Source: Vicinamibacterales bacterium
GTDB lineage: Bacteria > Acidobacteriota > Vicinamibacteria > Vicinamibacterales > UBA8438
Assembly: GCA_965263195.1 (NCBI GenBank)
Contig: OZ253664.1
Coordinates: forward strand, 1,763,949-1,827,948
Reading direction: 5' to 3'
DNA: 64,000 nucleotides
A program made the translations under genes and the position numbers. The notes under the pieces are model-generated. The model searched no databases, had not been told where the DNA came from, and saw only the letters and a list, made by a program, of their open reading frames with translations. Below, one piece after another: positions 1-8,716 of the stretch (positions are counted from its first letter, which is position 1; each line of letters begins with the position of its first letter).

Positions 1-1795
1 CGACAATCTTCTCGCCCCTGATCGGATTGCAGCAGCGCGCGCGGAAAACCATCAGGTCGTCGAAGCCCCGCACCTTGATCTTGCGCTCCCGGGCGCCGAA
101 CATGCGCCGGACTACGGACGAAATCTGGCTCGCCTGGCTGGGCTCGCCAAGCTGCTCGCTGGACACCAGGCGCTCCAGGACCCGCTGGAGCGATGCTTTC
201 CCGTAGCCCAGGGCGGCAAGCACGTCCTCCCCCTTCTTGGCGGCGAAGTCGCTCGCAATATCGTCGAGCTTGCTGCTGTCGAGCACTGCCTTCGCGCTGA
301 GACCGAGCCGGCGGACCTCCTTCTCCAGCAGGCGGCGGCCGAGATCGACCGCCCGCGCCTTCTCTTCCACCGCGATGAAGTGCTTGATCTTGTTGCGCGC
401 ACGGGTGGTGGTGACGAGGTTCAGCCAGTCGCGGCTCGGCTTGCGCGTGCCGGACGTCACGATCTCGACGATGTCACCACTCTGGAGACGCGTCCGCAAC
501 GGCACCATCCGGCCGTTGATCCGGACGCCCACGCAGGTATGGCCGATGTCGGTGTGGATGGCGTAGGCGAAGTCGATCGGCGTGGCGCCGCGCGGCAATG
601 CCTTCACTTCGCCCTTGGGCGTGAACGTGTACACCTCCTCCGGGTACAGGTCGATCTTGAGGCTGTGTATGAACTCGTTCGGGTCGCGGACTTCCTGTTG
701 CCACTCGAGCAATTGCCGGAGCCACACGAAATACTGCTCGTCGGCGTTGGCACCGACGCGCCCCTCCTTGTACTTCCAGTGCGCCGCGATGCCGTCCTCG
801 GCCACCTGGTGCATCCGCTCGGAACGGATCTGCACCTCGATTGGAAACCCGCGATCGCTGATGACCGATGTATGCAGCGACTGGTAGGCGTTGGGGCGCG
901 GCATGGCGACGAAGTCCTTGAACCGCCCCGGCACGGGAGCCCAGGTCTGGTGGATGATGCCGAGCGCCGCGTAGCAGTCGCGGACCGACGGCGTGATGAC
1001 GCGCAGGGCCACGATGTCGTACACCTCGTCGAGGCTGATCTGCTGGCGCTTGAGTTTCTGCCAGATGCTGAAGAGACGCTTGAGGCGACCCTCGATCTCG
1101 ACGATCGGAATGCCCGACGCGTCCAGGTGTTTCGCGAGCGTCTGCTTGAAGTCGGCCATCGCCCGCTCGGTGGTGGGACGGCGCGTTTCCATCCAGGCGC
1201 GCAACGTCTCGTACGCCTTCGGCTCCAGATGCCGGAACGCCAGCTCCTCGAGCTCGTTCTTGATCTTGCTCATCCCGAGGCGGTGGGCAATCGGCGCGTA
1301 GATGTCGAGCGTTTCCTGGGCAATCTTGACGCGCTGCTCCTCGCTCAGCGAGCCGAGGGTGCGCATGTTGTGCAGGCGGTCCGCCAGCTTGACCAGGATC
1401 ACCCGCACGTCGCCGACCATGGCGAGCAGCATCTTGCGGAAATTCTCCGCCTGACGCTCCTCGCTAGATGAGAAGGGGATGGTGCTGATCTTGGTGACGC
1501 CCTCGACGACGTGCGCCACTTCTGGACCGAACAGCTCGCCGACGCTCTCGATGGTCGTCAGCGTATCCTCGACCACGTCGTGGAGCAGTCCGGCCGCGAT
1601 GGCCACGTCATCCAGCTTCATGTCGGCGACGAGCGCCGCCACCTCCAGGGGATGCGTGATGTACGCCTCGCCGGAGCGGCGCACCTGCCCCGTATGCTCC
1701 AGCGCGGAGAATTCGTAGGCTCGGTGCAGCAGGTCGATATCGGCGTCCGGGTTGTTGACCCGCGCCTTCGAGGCGAGATCTTCGAAGCTGATCAT
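1..1795 (-). CDS. spoT: bifunctional (p)ppGpp synthetase/hydrolase, RelA/SpoT family; C-terminal end cut by the window edge
   Basis: My own minus-strand translation from the ATG at 1795 gives MISFEDLASKARVNNPDADIDLLHRAYEFSALEH... It contains the HD hydrolase motif (ITHPLEVA..GLLHDVVEDT), the synthetase motif (RFKDFVAMPRPNAYQSLHTSV) and a TGS domain (VYTFTPKGEVKALPRGATPIDFAYAIHTDIG). It is absent from the ORF track because it has no in-window stop. The + ORF at 380..1471 is its antisense shadow. Confidence 0.95.
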   Translation of the reverse strand, partial: MISFEDLASKARVNNPDADIDLLHRAYEFSALEHTGQVRRSGEAYITHPLEVAALVADMKLDDVAIAAGLLHDVVEDTLTTIESVGELFGPEVAHVVEGVTKISTIPFSSSEERQAENFRKMLLAMVGDVRVILVKLADRLHNMRTLGSLSEEQRVKIAQETLDIYAPIAHRLGMSKIKNELEELAFRHLEPKAYETLRAWMETRRPTTERAMADFKQTLAKHLDASGIPIVEIEGRLKRLFSIWQKLKRQQISLDEVYDIVALRVITPSVRDCYAALGIIHQTWAPVPGRFKDFVAMPRPNAYQSLHTSVISDRGFPIEVQIRSERMHQVAEDGIAAHWKYKEGRVGANADEQYFVWLRQLLEWQQEVRDPNEFIHSLKIDLYPEEVYTFTPKGEVKALPRGATPIDFAYAIHTDIGHTCVGVRINGRMVPLRTRLQSGDIVEIVTSGTRKPSRDWLNLVTTTRARNKIKHFIAVEEKARAVDLGRRLLEKEVRRLGLSAKAVLDSSKLDDIASDFAAKKGEDVLAALGYGKASLQRVLERLVSSEQLGEPSQASQISSVVRRMFGARERKIKVRGFDDLMVFRARCCNPIRGEKIV

Positions 1796-1846
1796 GACAA
1801 CCGCTGCCTAGACAACAAGATGCACCGGTCTTGCATGTCGGTTCCC

Positions 1847-1875
1847 ATCATAGGAAGACCGCTCGGGACGGTCAA
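1847..1875 (-). promoter_or_regulatory. sigma70-like promoter for spoT (TTGACC-17 nt-TATGAT)
   Basis: Read on the minus strand: -35 TTGACC (1870-1875), 17-nt spacer, -10 TATGAT (1847-1852). It lies about 50 nt upstream of the spoT ATG in an AT-richer island. Confidence 0.5.
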
Positions 1876-1894
1876 GGACGGTTGTTTCTACGTC

Positions 1895-1924
1895 TTGACT
1901 TGACTTTTTTCACTTCACTATACT
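1895..1924 (+). promoter_or_regulatory. sigma70-like promoter (TTGACT-18 nt-TATACT) upstream of the TPR lipoprotein gene
   Basis: -35 TTGACT at 1895-1900, 18-nt spacer, -10 TATACT at 1919-1924. It sits in an AT-rich patch about 150 nt upstream of the start at 2075. Confidence 0.45.
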
Positions 1925-2074
1925 TCCATCGGTCTTGGCGGCTTTGAGAACAGTTTCTCTTCCGGGTCACCGGTTCCGAGACCAGGACTGAGCCTCCCGC
2001 GCCAGCCGGAAATTGTCGACCGCCGGCTGCAACGCGAGGATTATCTTTGGATGCGAAACGAAAGGGGAAGCAGG

Positions 2075-3064
2075 ATGCTGAGCGGACGCAGCCTTGCGAG
2101 ATTCGTCGTCGTGGCGGCGCTGATGGCGCCACTGGTGTCCTGTCAGTACCTGGACCAGGTGAGCGCGCTGCGGACGTTCAAGGAGGCCAACTCGGCGTAC
2201 GGCCGCGGCGACTACGTGCTGGCCGCGGAGCGTTACGAAGAGATCCTGGCCATTCTTGAAACGGCCGGCGCGGGCGACCAGCTGCTGAACCAGCAGCTGA
2301 CCGCCACCTACTTCTACATCGCGAACTCGTACGACAACCTGTACAAGCCGGGACGGCGCGGCGAGCCGGAGAACGACGCCTACCTGGAAGACGCCGTCCG
2401 GTACTACACGCTGGCGTCAGAGGAGATTGTGGAGCCGAGCCTGAGGCGGCTGTCGATGCAGTACCTGGTGTCGGCGTACGGCCCCGATAAGGCGAATGAT
2501 CCGGCGGCCTCGGAACCGGTGCTGCGCCAGATGATCCTGCTCGACCCCGAGAACCCCGACAACTACTTCGCGCTGGCGAACCTGTACGAGCAATCGGGCC
2601 TGTTCGAAGACGCCGAGGCGGTGATGCTGGAGGTGAGGAACCTGCGGCCGGACGACCCGATCGTCTACCTGCAGCTCGCCGGCTTCTACAACCGCTCCGG
2701 CGAGTTCGAGCTTACCATCGACGCCCTGGAGCAGCGTGCGCGCATCGAGCCGGACAATCCCGAGGCGTTCTATACGATTTCGACGTTCTACTGGGAAAAG
2801 GCGTTCCGGGACTTCCGGATTACGCAGGACCAGAAGGCCGAGTACATCGCCGCCGGGATCGCGGCTGCGGACTCTGCGATCGGCCTCAACGACCGCTACG
2901 TGGACGCTCTCGTCTACAAGAACATCCTGCTGCGCATGCAGGCGAACATGACCACCGACGTGGACGAGCAGGAAGCGCTGATCGCGGAAGCGGACGAGCT
3001 CCGCAGCCGAGCGGAGGAGTTGCAGAAAGAGCAGCGGGCCGGAGGAGCAGCACCCGCCGCCTAG
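2075..3064 (+). CDS. TPR-repeat lipoprotein
   Basis: The ORF track gives 2051..3064. The second ATG at 2075 follows a purine-rich AAAGGGGAAG stretch and yields a lipoprotein signal peptide, MLSGRSLARFVVVAALMAPLVS|C, with lipobox LVSC. TPR-like repeats are present (YFALANLYEQSGLFEDAEAVMLEV, YLQLAGFYNRSGEFELTIDALEQ). The stop TAG (3062-3064) lies inside the CTAG terminus of the repeat element. Confidence 0.8.
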   Translation: MLSGRSLARFVVVAALMAPLVSCQYLDQVSALRTFKEANSAYGRGDYVLAAERYEEILAILETAGAGDQLLNQQLTATYFYIANSYDNLYKPGRRGEPENDAYLEDAVRYYTLASEEIVEPSLRRLSMQYLVSAYGPDKANDPAASEPVLRQMILLDPENPDNYFALANLYEQSGLFEDAEAVMLEVRNLRPDDPIVYLQLAGFYNRSGEFELTIDALEQRARIEPDNPEAFYTISTFYWEKAFRDFRITQDQKAEYIAAGIAAADSAIGLNDRYVDALVYKNILLRMQANMTTDVDEQEALIAEADELRSRAEELQKEQRAGGAAPAA

Positions 3065-3136
3065 CAGCGCGTGGTGAAACCCCGCGTCGCACCGAGACCG
3101 GTCGAATGCAGCGGGGCTTTTGCCACGGGCTGCTAG
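3061..3136. repeat. MITE/REP-like element, shortest form (two arms only, 76 bp imperfect palindrome)
   Basis: Sequence is CTAGCAGCGCGTGGTGAAACCCCGCGTCGCACCGAGACCGGTCGAATGCAGCGGGGCTTTTGCCACGGGCTGCTAG. The termini CTAGCAGC/GCTGCTAG are perfect inverted repeats. The same arms flank the longer copies at 12870, 14356 and 48052. Confidence 0.85.
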
Positions 3137-3161
3137 CGCACGTCCCGAACCGTACGCACCC

Positions 3162-3192
3162 GAGGGCCGGGGATTCCCCCGGCCCTCTTTTT
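3162..3192 (+). terminator. rho-independent terminator of the TPR lipoprotein gene
   Basis: GAGGGCCGGGG-att-CCCCGGCCCTC forms an 11-bp GC-rich stem and is followed by TTTTT. Confidence 0.75.
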
Positions 3193-3235
3193 CGTTACGG
3201 CCGCGATCGGACAGGTTCCGGCTACTCGCCGCGTA

Positions 3236-3269
3236 CAGAAAAACGGCCGGAGCGCCCGTGGCGCCCCGA
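3236..3269 (-). terminator. possible terminator of the tonB-exbB-exbD-exbD operon
   Basis: Minus-strand read is CGGGGCGCC-acg-GGCGCTCCG, then CCG, then TTTTT, about 45 nt downstream of the exbD stop. The U-tract is separated from the stem by 3 nt, hence the modest confidence. Confidence 0.4.
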
Positions 3270-3311
3270 CCGCGCGTGTGCCTGCGTTCGCCCGGAGGGA
3301 AATGCCGGACC

Positions 3312-3782
3312 CTAGCCGACCGGAGCCGCGCCGGCCGCGCGACGCATCCCTTCGGTCACAATCCCGACCTTGTCGACGCCTGCCCCTTTGGCTGCGTCGA
3401 TCACGTCGACGATTTCGCCGTACGTCAACGAACCGGCGCCCGCGATGAACATCGTCTTGTTACGCCGCGTCTCGAAAATCTCGCGCAGCCTGGATTCGAG
3501 ACCCACGATGGTGACGTCCTGGTTGTTGATTGAAATCCGCCGATCGGCAGTGTACTCCAGCACGATCTGGCTGCTGTCGGCGGCGGCCTGCGCCGACCCC
3601 TGCGTCTCGAGGGGCAGGTTGATGTCGAGACCGCGTTGATTCAACGGCAGCGCCGCCAGGAAGATGACGATGAGGACCAGCAGCACGTCGATGAACGGCG
3701 TGATGTTGATCTCGGAGTTCGCCTCGGGCTTCTCCGCCTGGACGACGGACTCCGCGCCATGATGCTTGTGGTGGTGCGCCAT
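3312..3782 (-). CDS. exbD: ExbD/TolR family biopolymer transport protein
   Basis: 156 aa with a single N-terminal TM segment (INITPFIDVLLVLIVIFLAALPL) and an ExbD-type periplasmic domain. Last gene of the tonB-exbB-exbD-exbD cluster. Confidence 0.9.
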   Translation of the reverse strand: MAHHHKHHGAESVVQAEKPEANSEINITPFIDVLLVLIVIFLAALPLNQRGLDINLPLETQGSAQAAADSSQIVLEYTADRRISINNQDVTIVGLESRLREIFETRRNKTMFIAGAGSLTYGEIVDVIDAAKGAGVDKVGIVTEGMRRAAGAAPVG

Positions 3783-3784
3783 CG

Positions 3785-4216
3785 CTAGCCTCCCGCCGCT
3801 CCGCGCAGCTTGCGCTCGGTGATCAGTCCGATGTCCTCGATACCGGCCCGCTGCAGCCGGTCGAGCACGTTCATCACGTCGGCGTACCTGGCGCCCTGAT
3901 CGGCCTTGATCAGCACGATCCGCTCGAGCTTGCGGTCAAGCGCGCGCTGTACCGACGCCAGGAGCTGGCCGTCATTGGTGGGCTGGTTGTCCACGTAGAA
4001 CCGGCCGGAGGAATCCACGTGGAGCACCGTCTGCGAGTCGTTGTCCGCCTTTTCCACCGTGTTGGCCGCCTCCGGCAGGGCAACGAGCACACCCGCCTGC
4101 AGTAGCGGCGCAATCAACATGACGATGATCAGCAGCACCAGCATCACGTCAGCCAGCGGCGTTACGTTGATCTGCGAGTTCAGTCCGCCTGACTTGCCGC
4201 CTACATCCATCCCCAT
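3785..4216 (-). CDS. exbD: ExbD/TolR family biopolymer transport protein (second copy)
   Basis: 143 aa; QINVTPLADVMLVLLIIVMLIAPLL TM segment plus an ExbD-like C-terminal domain. Separated by 2 nt from the downstream exbD. Confidence 0.9.
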   Translation of the reverse strand: MGMDVGGKSGGLNSQINVTPLADVMLVLLIIVMLIAPLLQAGVLVALPEAANTVEKADNDSQTVLHVDSSGRFYVDNQPTNDGQLLASVQRALDRKLERIVLIKADQGARYADVMNVLDRLQRAGIEDIGLITERKLRGAAGG

Positions 4217-4255
4217 GTGGGCCTCCTTTACAGCGTCCCGTGCAACGCCCCGCCC

Positions 4256-4924
4256 CTACGACCTCTTGATGAAGTAGTCCACGAGCTCCGACGACGAGTT
4301 GTCCATCTCGACGTTGAAGTACTCGATGCGCCCGGTGAGGTAGTTGTAGAACCACACCGCCGGGATCGCCACGAACAGCCCGATGGCCGTTCCGACGAGC
4401 GCTTCCGAGATGCCGCCCGAGACGGCGCCCAGTCCGCCCGACCCGGTCTGCGCGATCCCCTGGAACGCGTTGATGACGCCGAGCGTCGTCGCCAGCAACC
4501 CCACGAACACGGCGGTCGACCCGATGGTGGCCAGAATGCCCAGCCCTTTCTTGAGATCGGCCGCCGTCAGGGCAGCGGCCCGCTGAATGGCCCGCCGGAC
4601 GCTGTCGACCACGTCTTCCTTGTCGAGCTGGACGCCCGTGTCCTGCTGGAACTGGTATTCCTGCAGACCCGCCAGGACGACCTTCGCCAGGTGGCTGTAC
4701 TTGTAGTTCTTGGACTGCGATACCGCGATCCCGTCCTTCAGCTTGTGGTCCTTCAGATGCTTCGCCACCTGCGGCGCGAACGTCTTGGACTGTTTCTGCG
4801 CCTGCATGAACGTGAAGATCCTCTCAAAGAACACGCCGACCGAGGCCATCGACATCACCGCCAGTATGCCCATCAAGGCCTTGACCGGCCAGCTCATCTG
4901 ATCCCACATTTCGAGTAAATCCAT
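4256..4924 (-). CDS. exbB: MotA/TolQ/ExbB proton-channel protein
   Basis: 222 aa with three predicted TM segments and the conserved C-terminal region (GLLATTLGVINAF..ISEALVGTAIGLFVAIPAVWFYNYL). Confidence 0.9.
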   Translation of the reverse strand: MDLLEMWDQMSWPVKALMGILAVMSMASVGVFFERIFTFMQAQKQSKTFAPQVAKHLKDHKLKDGIAVSQSKNYKYSHLAKVVLAGLQEYQFQQDTGVQLDKEDVVDSVRRAIQRAAALTAADLKKGLGILATIGSTAVFVGLLATTLGVINAFQGIAQTGSGGLGAVSGGISEALVGTAIGLFVAIPAVWFYNYLTGRIEYFNVEMDNSSSELVDYFIKRS

Positions 4925-4998
4925 CTGATCCTCCTGTACGATCGACTGGCGAACGCAGCACTAGAGCGGAACCAACGGTCTTCCCGGTCAGGTGCCAG

Positions 4999-5718
4999 TT
5001 ACTGCAGCGTGAAGTTCACGGTCACCGTCATGATGACCGGGACGGGCACGCCATTGAGCAGTGTGGGAGTGTACTCCCACTGCTTCACCGCGGTAACCGC
5101 CGCCTCGTCGAGCAGCGGCACCGACCGCAACACCTTGACGTCGGTGACCCGCCCGCTCGGACCGATCACGGCCTCAAGAATGACGATGCCCTGCACACGC
5201 GCCGACTGCGCAACCGGTGGATAGACCGGAGGCACGTCCCGGGTCTTGGTCGGCGGCGAGATGTTGCCGCCCACACGCACGGGCTCGGGTGGGGGCGGAG
5301 GCGGAGGGGGCGCTTCGATGATGCCCCCGACGATCCCTCCCGACACGACGCCGCCTACGATACCACCCTCGACACCGCCTACCGCGGACAGGTCGAACCC
5401 GGTCTCCTCCACGATCTCTATGGGAGCGACCACCGGCGCCGCATTCGGGTTGATGTCAATGATCGGGGGCGGTTCCGGCACCGCGGCAGTGGGCGGCGGG
5501 GGGGGGGGAGGTGGGGGTGGAGGCGGCGGTGGCGCGGCCACGAACGCCATCATCGACGCCGGCGTCGGCAGCACTTCGGTCGCCATCAAGGGAACGATCA
5601 CAATGGCACCGATCGCCGCGACATGGGCCACGATGGAGAGCGGCACGGTGTACCACTTGCGCGACCCCACTCTGATCGAAGGGTTTGCGATCTCACCAAA
5701 CATTTGACCGGCTGCCAC
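4999..5718 (-). CDS. tonB: TonB family energy transducer
   Basis: N-terminal TM anchor, two poly-proline linkers (a P15 run and a P9 run) and a TonB C-terminal domain (PPVYPPVAQSARVQGIVILEAVIGPSGRVTDVKVLRSVPLLDEAAVTAVKQWEYTP). The GTG start at 5718 is preceded by AAGGAGG with a 6-nt spacer. Confidence 0.9.
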   Translation of the reverse strand: MAAGQMFGEIANPSIRVGSRKWYTVPLSIVAHVAAIGAIVIVPLMATEVLPTPASMMAFVAAPPPPPPPPPPPPPPTAAVPEPPPIIDINPNAAPVVAPIEIVEETGFDLSAVGGVEGGIVGGVVSGGIVGGIIEAPPPPPPPPEPVRVGGNISPPTKTRDVPPVYPPVAQSARVQGIVILEAVIGPSGRVTDVKVLRSVPLLDEAAVTAVKQWEYTPTLLNGVPVPVIMTVTVNFTLQ

Positions 5719-5773
5719 CGATACCCTCCTTACCCCTGCCTGAAGCGTGGGGTTCTTCCTCTAGAGAGCGTTG

Positions 5774-5803
5774 ATTATATGCACGCCTTCCAGCGCCTGT
5801 CAA
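5774..5803 (-). promoter_or_regulatory. near-consensus sigma70 promoter of the tonB-exbBD operon (TTGACA-18 nt-TATAAT)
   Basis: Minus-strand read: TTGACA (5798-5803), 18-nt spacer, TATAAT (5774-5779). Both hexamers match consensus exactly, and the element sits about 55 nt upstream of the tonB GTG. Confidence 0.7.
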
Positions 5804-5903
5804 CGAAAGTGCCAAGTCGCTTGAAGGCGGCCGCGCCGCGCTCGCCAATCTTCGCCAAAATACTTGTTATCAATAGGTTGCAGGAATATTTGTGACAGCA
5901 TCG

Positions 5904-8012
5904 TCACAACATCCAGGCGACGACGAGGGGTGCGAAGATCACGGCGACGACGCTCATGAGCTTGATCAGGATGTTCAGGCTCGGTCCCGACGTGTCCTTG
6001 AACGGATCGCCGACCGTGTCGCCGATCACCGCCGCCTTGTGCGGCTCGGAGCCCTTGCCGCCGTGGTGCCCTTCCTCGATGTACTTCTTGGCGTTGTCCC
6101 ACACGCCGCCGGCGTTCGCCATCATCAGCGCCATCAGCACGCCGGTGACCAGCGCGCCGGCCAGCATCCCGCCCAACCCGGAAATGCCTAGCAGGAAGCC
6201 AGTGGCCACCGGCGCCAGCACCGCGATCAGCCCCGGCACGACCATTTCGCGGATGGCCGAGCGCGTGGAGATCTCAACGCAGCGGGCCGAATCGGGCTCG
6301 GCGTCGCCGGCGAGCAGGCCGGGAATCTCCTTGAACTGCCGGCGCACTTCTTCGATCATGGCGTTCGCCGAGCGCCCTACAGCGTTCATCGTCAGCGCCG
6401 AGAACAGGAACGGCAGCATACCGCCCAGCAGCAGGCCGATCAGCACGTTCGGGTTGTCGAGCGCCAGATCGAGAAGGCGCGGATTGAAGACGGCCGCGCC
6501 TCCCGCGTCCGCAACCGCGGTATCGGCCGTCGCGCGGAACGTGCTGAACAACGCGAGCGCCGTCAGCGCCGCCGACCCGATGGCGAATCCCTTGCCCATG
6601 GCGGCCGTCGTGTTGCCAACCGCGTCGAGCGCGTCGGTGCGCTCGCGGACGAACGCTTCGCAGCCGCTCATTTCCGCGATCCCGCCGGCGTTGTCGGCGA
6701 CCGGACCGTAGGCGTCGACGCCCAGGCTGATGCCCAGCGTGGAGAGCATGCCGACGGCGGCGATGGCAATCCCGTAGAGCTCCGCCTGCGAATAACTGAA
6801 GTAGATCGCCAGGCAGATGATGACGATCGGCAATGCGCAAGACATCATCCCGACGCCGAGGCCGGCGATGATGTTGGTGGCCGGGCCGGTCTCCGACTGC
6901 TGGGCAATTCTGTGGGCCGGCGGCTTGTCCTTGCCCGTGTAGTACTCGGTGACCTGGCCGATCAGCACGCCGGCCGCAACGCCGGTAACCACGCACCAGA
7001 GCACGGCCACCGGAATGTCGATCAGGACGATGAGTCCGCCGGCCCCCACGAAGACGAGCACCGACGCGACGAGCAGGCCGCGCTGCAGGGCGCTGCCGAT
7101 CTTGGTTTCATCGTCGGTGTTCACCACGAACGTGCCGAGAATCGAGGCAACGATGCCGACACCCGCCAGCAGGATGGGAAACATCACGAGCCTCGACTGC
7201 AGCGCGCCGAAAGCAGCCTCGTCGACACCCCATAGCGCGGCGGCCGACGACGCGCCCAGCGCCCACGCGAGCGCGATGGAGGCAATGATGCTCCCGACGT
7301 ACGACTCGAACAGGTCGGCGCCCATGCCGGCAACGTCGCCCACGTTGTCGCCGACGTTGTCGGCGATGGTGGCCGGGTTGCGCGGGTCGTCCTCCGGGAT
7401 GCCCGCCTCGACCTTGCCGGACAGGTCGCCGGCGACATCGGCGGCCTTCGTGTAGATCCCGCCGCCGACACGGGCGAACAGGGCGATCGACGAGGCGCCC
7501 AGCGAGAAGCCGAACAGCGACTCGACTGCGCTTGCGCCGGCGCCGGCGAGGCCGCCGTAAGCCATGTACAGGACGGAAATGCCCAGCGTGCCGAGCGCGA
7601 CCACCGTCAGGCCCATTACCGCGCCGCTGGAAAACGCCACCCGCAGCGCGCTGGACAGGCTCGTGGTCGCCGCGTGCGTCGTGCGCACCGCCGCGCTCGT
7701 GGCGGTCCGCATCCCGATCCAGCCGGCGCTGGCCGACAGCAGCGCGCCGACGAGGAAAGCCACGGCGGTCAGCAGCGCGTTGCCCGGGAGAAACGCCACC
7801 AGGATGACGAACATGATGGCTACGAAGCCCGCCAGGACGGTGTACTCCGTCTTCAGGAAAGCCATGGCGCCGGACCGGATCAGGCCGGCGATACGCTGCA
7901 TCCGGTCCGTGCCGGGGTCGTGTCGGTTGATGCTGCGGATCAGGAAGAAGGCGAAGAGCGCCGCCGCCACCGGCGCGCCCATTCCGAATACGAAATACAG
8001 TTGCTGTGTCAT
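5904..8012 (-). CDS. hppA: membrane-bound pyrophosphatase (ion-translocating PPase), K+-dependent-type motif
   Basis: 702 aa polytopic protein with PPase signatures ([44 protein letters not shown]). The motif reads [10 protein letters not shown] (Ala, not Lys), the signature of the K+-dependent subfamily. H+ versus Na+ specificity cannot be decided from this. Confidence 0.92.
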   Translation of the reverse strand: MTQQLYFVFGMGAPVAAALFAFFLIRSINRHDPGTDRMQRIAGLIRSGAMAFLKTEYTVLAGFVAIMFVILVAFLPGNALLTAVAFLVGALLSASAGWIGMRTATSAAVRTTHAATTSLSSALRVAFSSGAVMGLTVVALGTLGISVLYMAYGGLAGAGASAVESLFGFSLGASSIALFARVGGGIYTKAADVAGDLSGKVEAGIPEDDPRNPATIADNVGDNVGDVAGMGADLFESYVGSIIASIALAWALGASSAAALWGVDEAAFGALQSRLVMFPILLAGVGIVASILGTFVVNTDDETKIGSALQRGLLVASVLVFVGAGGLIVLIDIPVAVLWCVVTGVAAGVLIGQVTEYYTGKDKPPAHRIAQQSETGPATNIIAGLGVGMMSCALPIVIICLAIYFSYSQAELYGIAIAAVGMLSTLGISLGVDAYGPVADNAGGIAEMSGCEAFVRERTDALDAVGNTTAAMGKGFAIGSAALTALALFSTFRATADTAVADAGGAAVFNPRLLDLALDNPNVLIGLLLGGMLPFLFSALTMNAVGRSANAMIEEVRRQFKEIPGLLAGDAEPDSARCVEISTRSAIREMVVPGLIAVLAPVATGFLLGISGLGGMLAGALVTGVLMALMMANAGGVWDNAKKYIEEGHHGGKGSEPHKAAVIGDTVGDPFKDTSGPSLNILIKLMSVVAVIFAPLVVAWML

Positions 8013-8055
8013 TCAATCCTCAGAACGCGGGCAGACTCGCCGCCGCAAAACGCCA

Positions 8056-8085
8056 GAGCGTAACAACCTGTTTTTCCGACTGTCA
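8056..8085 (-). promoter_or_regulatory. possible hppA promoter (TTGACA-18 nt-TACGCT)
   Basis: Minus-strand read: TTGACA (8080-8085, overlapping the DUF502 stop), 18-nt spacer, TACGCT (8056-8061). GAGGA lies 4 nt upstream of the hppA ATG. Confidence 0.4.
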
Positions 8086-8676
8086 AGAAGGCCTCGTCCG
8101 CACCTCCGACGACATCGCCATGCCCGCGGTCAGGAAAATCTGCACCCCTTCCTGAACGCTCAAGTCGGGATACGACACCACCGACGCCGGATATACGTGG
8201 ATGTCGCCGAAATAGATGTGGTTCGTCGGTACGTATACGGCGACGAGCTGCTCCGGGCCGTTGCCGCGATCGAGCACGAACCGCTTCGTCAGGAAGCCGA
8301 TGACCAGACCGCGGCGCGGGTCGTCAATCAGCACGACCTGCCGGAATCCGATCTGCGTGCCGGGCGAAAAAGCCGCCACGAGCTGCTTGACCGGCCCATA
8401 GACGGCCCGAAAGATCGGCAGCCGCATCAGGTAGTCCTCGCCCTTCTGCAGCACCCGGCCGCCGAGCCCGCTGGTCGCCAGGACGCCCACCAGCAGAACC
8501 ACCGCGAGCAGCGAAATCAGCCCCAGCCCCGGGATGTCATAGCCGGTCCAGCGCTGGTAGAGCGGGCCCATGACGCCGTCCATCAATTGGAACAGCCAGA
8601 CGAACGCCGCAACGGTGATGATCAGCGGGACCGTGACGACGAGGCCGGTGACCAGATTGCGTCGCAGCCACTGCAT
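8083..8676 (-). CDS. DUF502 family membrane protein
   Basis: The ORF track begins at a GTG at 8691. The ATG at 8676 is preceded by GAGGAG with a 7-nt spacer. The sequence (MQWLRRNLVTGLVVTVPLIITVAAFVWLF...LPIFRAVYGPVKQL) is typical of DUF502. Confidence 0.75.
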   Translation of the reverse strand: MQWLRRNLVTGLVVTVPLIITVAAFVWLFQLMDGVMGPLYQRWTGYDIPGLGLISLLAVVLLVGVLATSGLGGRVLQKGEDYLMRLPIFRAVYGPVKQLVAAFSPGTQIGFRQVVLIDDPRRGLVIGFLTKRFVLDRGNGPEQLVAVYVPTNHIYFGDIHVYPASVVSYPDLSVQEGVQIFLTAGMAMSSEVRTRPS

Positions 8677-8716
8677 CTCTGCACTCCTCACGCCGCCGGG
8701 ACGAATGGGGATTTCG

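Noticed and set aside
380-1471. Long ORFs lying antisense to well-supported genes. Examples: 380..1471+, 8570..9736+, 9749..11005+, 14619..17426+, 18703..21657-, 37894..40371+, 40168..42003-, 42716..44737-, 52197..54632-, 56108..57823-, 61610..63259+.
   Set aside because: Each overlaps, on the opposite strand, a gene with unmistakable family motifs. Their translations are Arg/Ala/Gly/Pro-rich and low in complexity. Stop-free antisense frames are expected at this GC content.
3106-3315. Recurrent small-ORF 'family' beginning MQRGFCH(G/R)LL / MQWGFCHRLL / MGFCHRLI (3106, 13102, 14619 and 47678..48082).
   Set aside because: The shared peptide is encoded by the right arm of the repeat element (ATGCAGCGGGGCTTTTGCCAC). 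Downstream sequences are unrelated and there is no SD. This is a repeat artefact, not a gene family.
5891-5908. Hairpin TGTGAC-n6-GTCACA at the hppA stop codon as a terminator.
   Set aside because: The stem is only 6 bp, it overlaps the stop codon, and on the minus strand it is followed by AAATATT rather than a U-tract.
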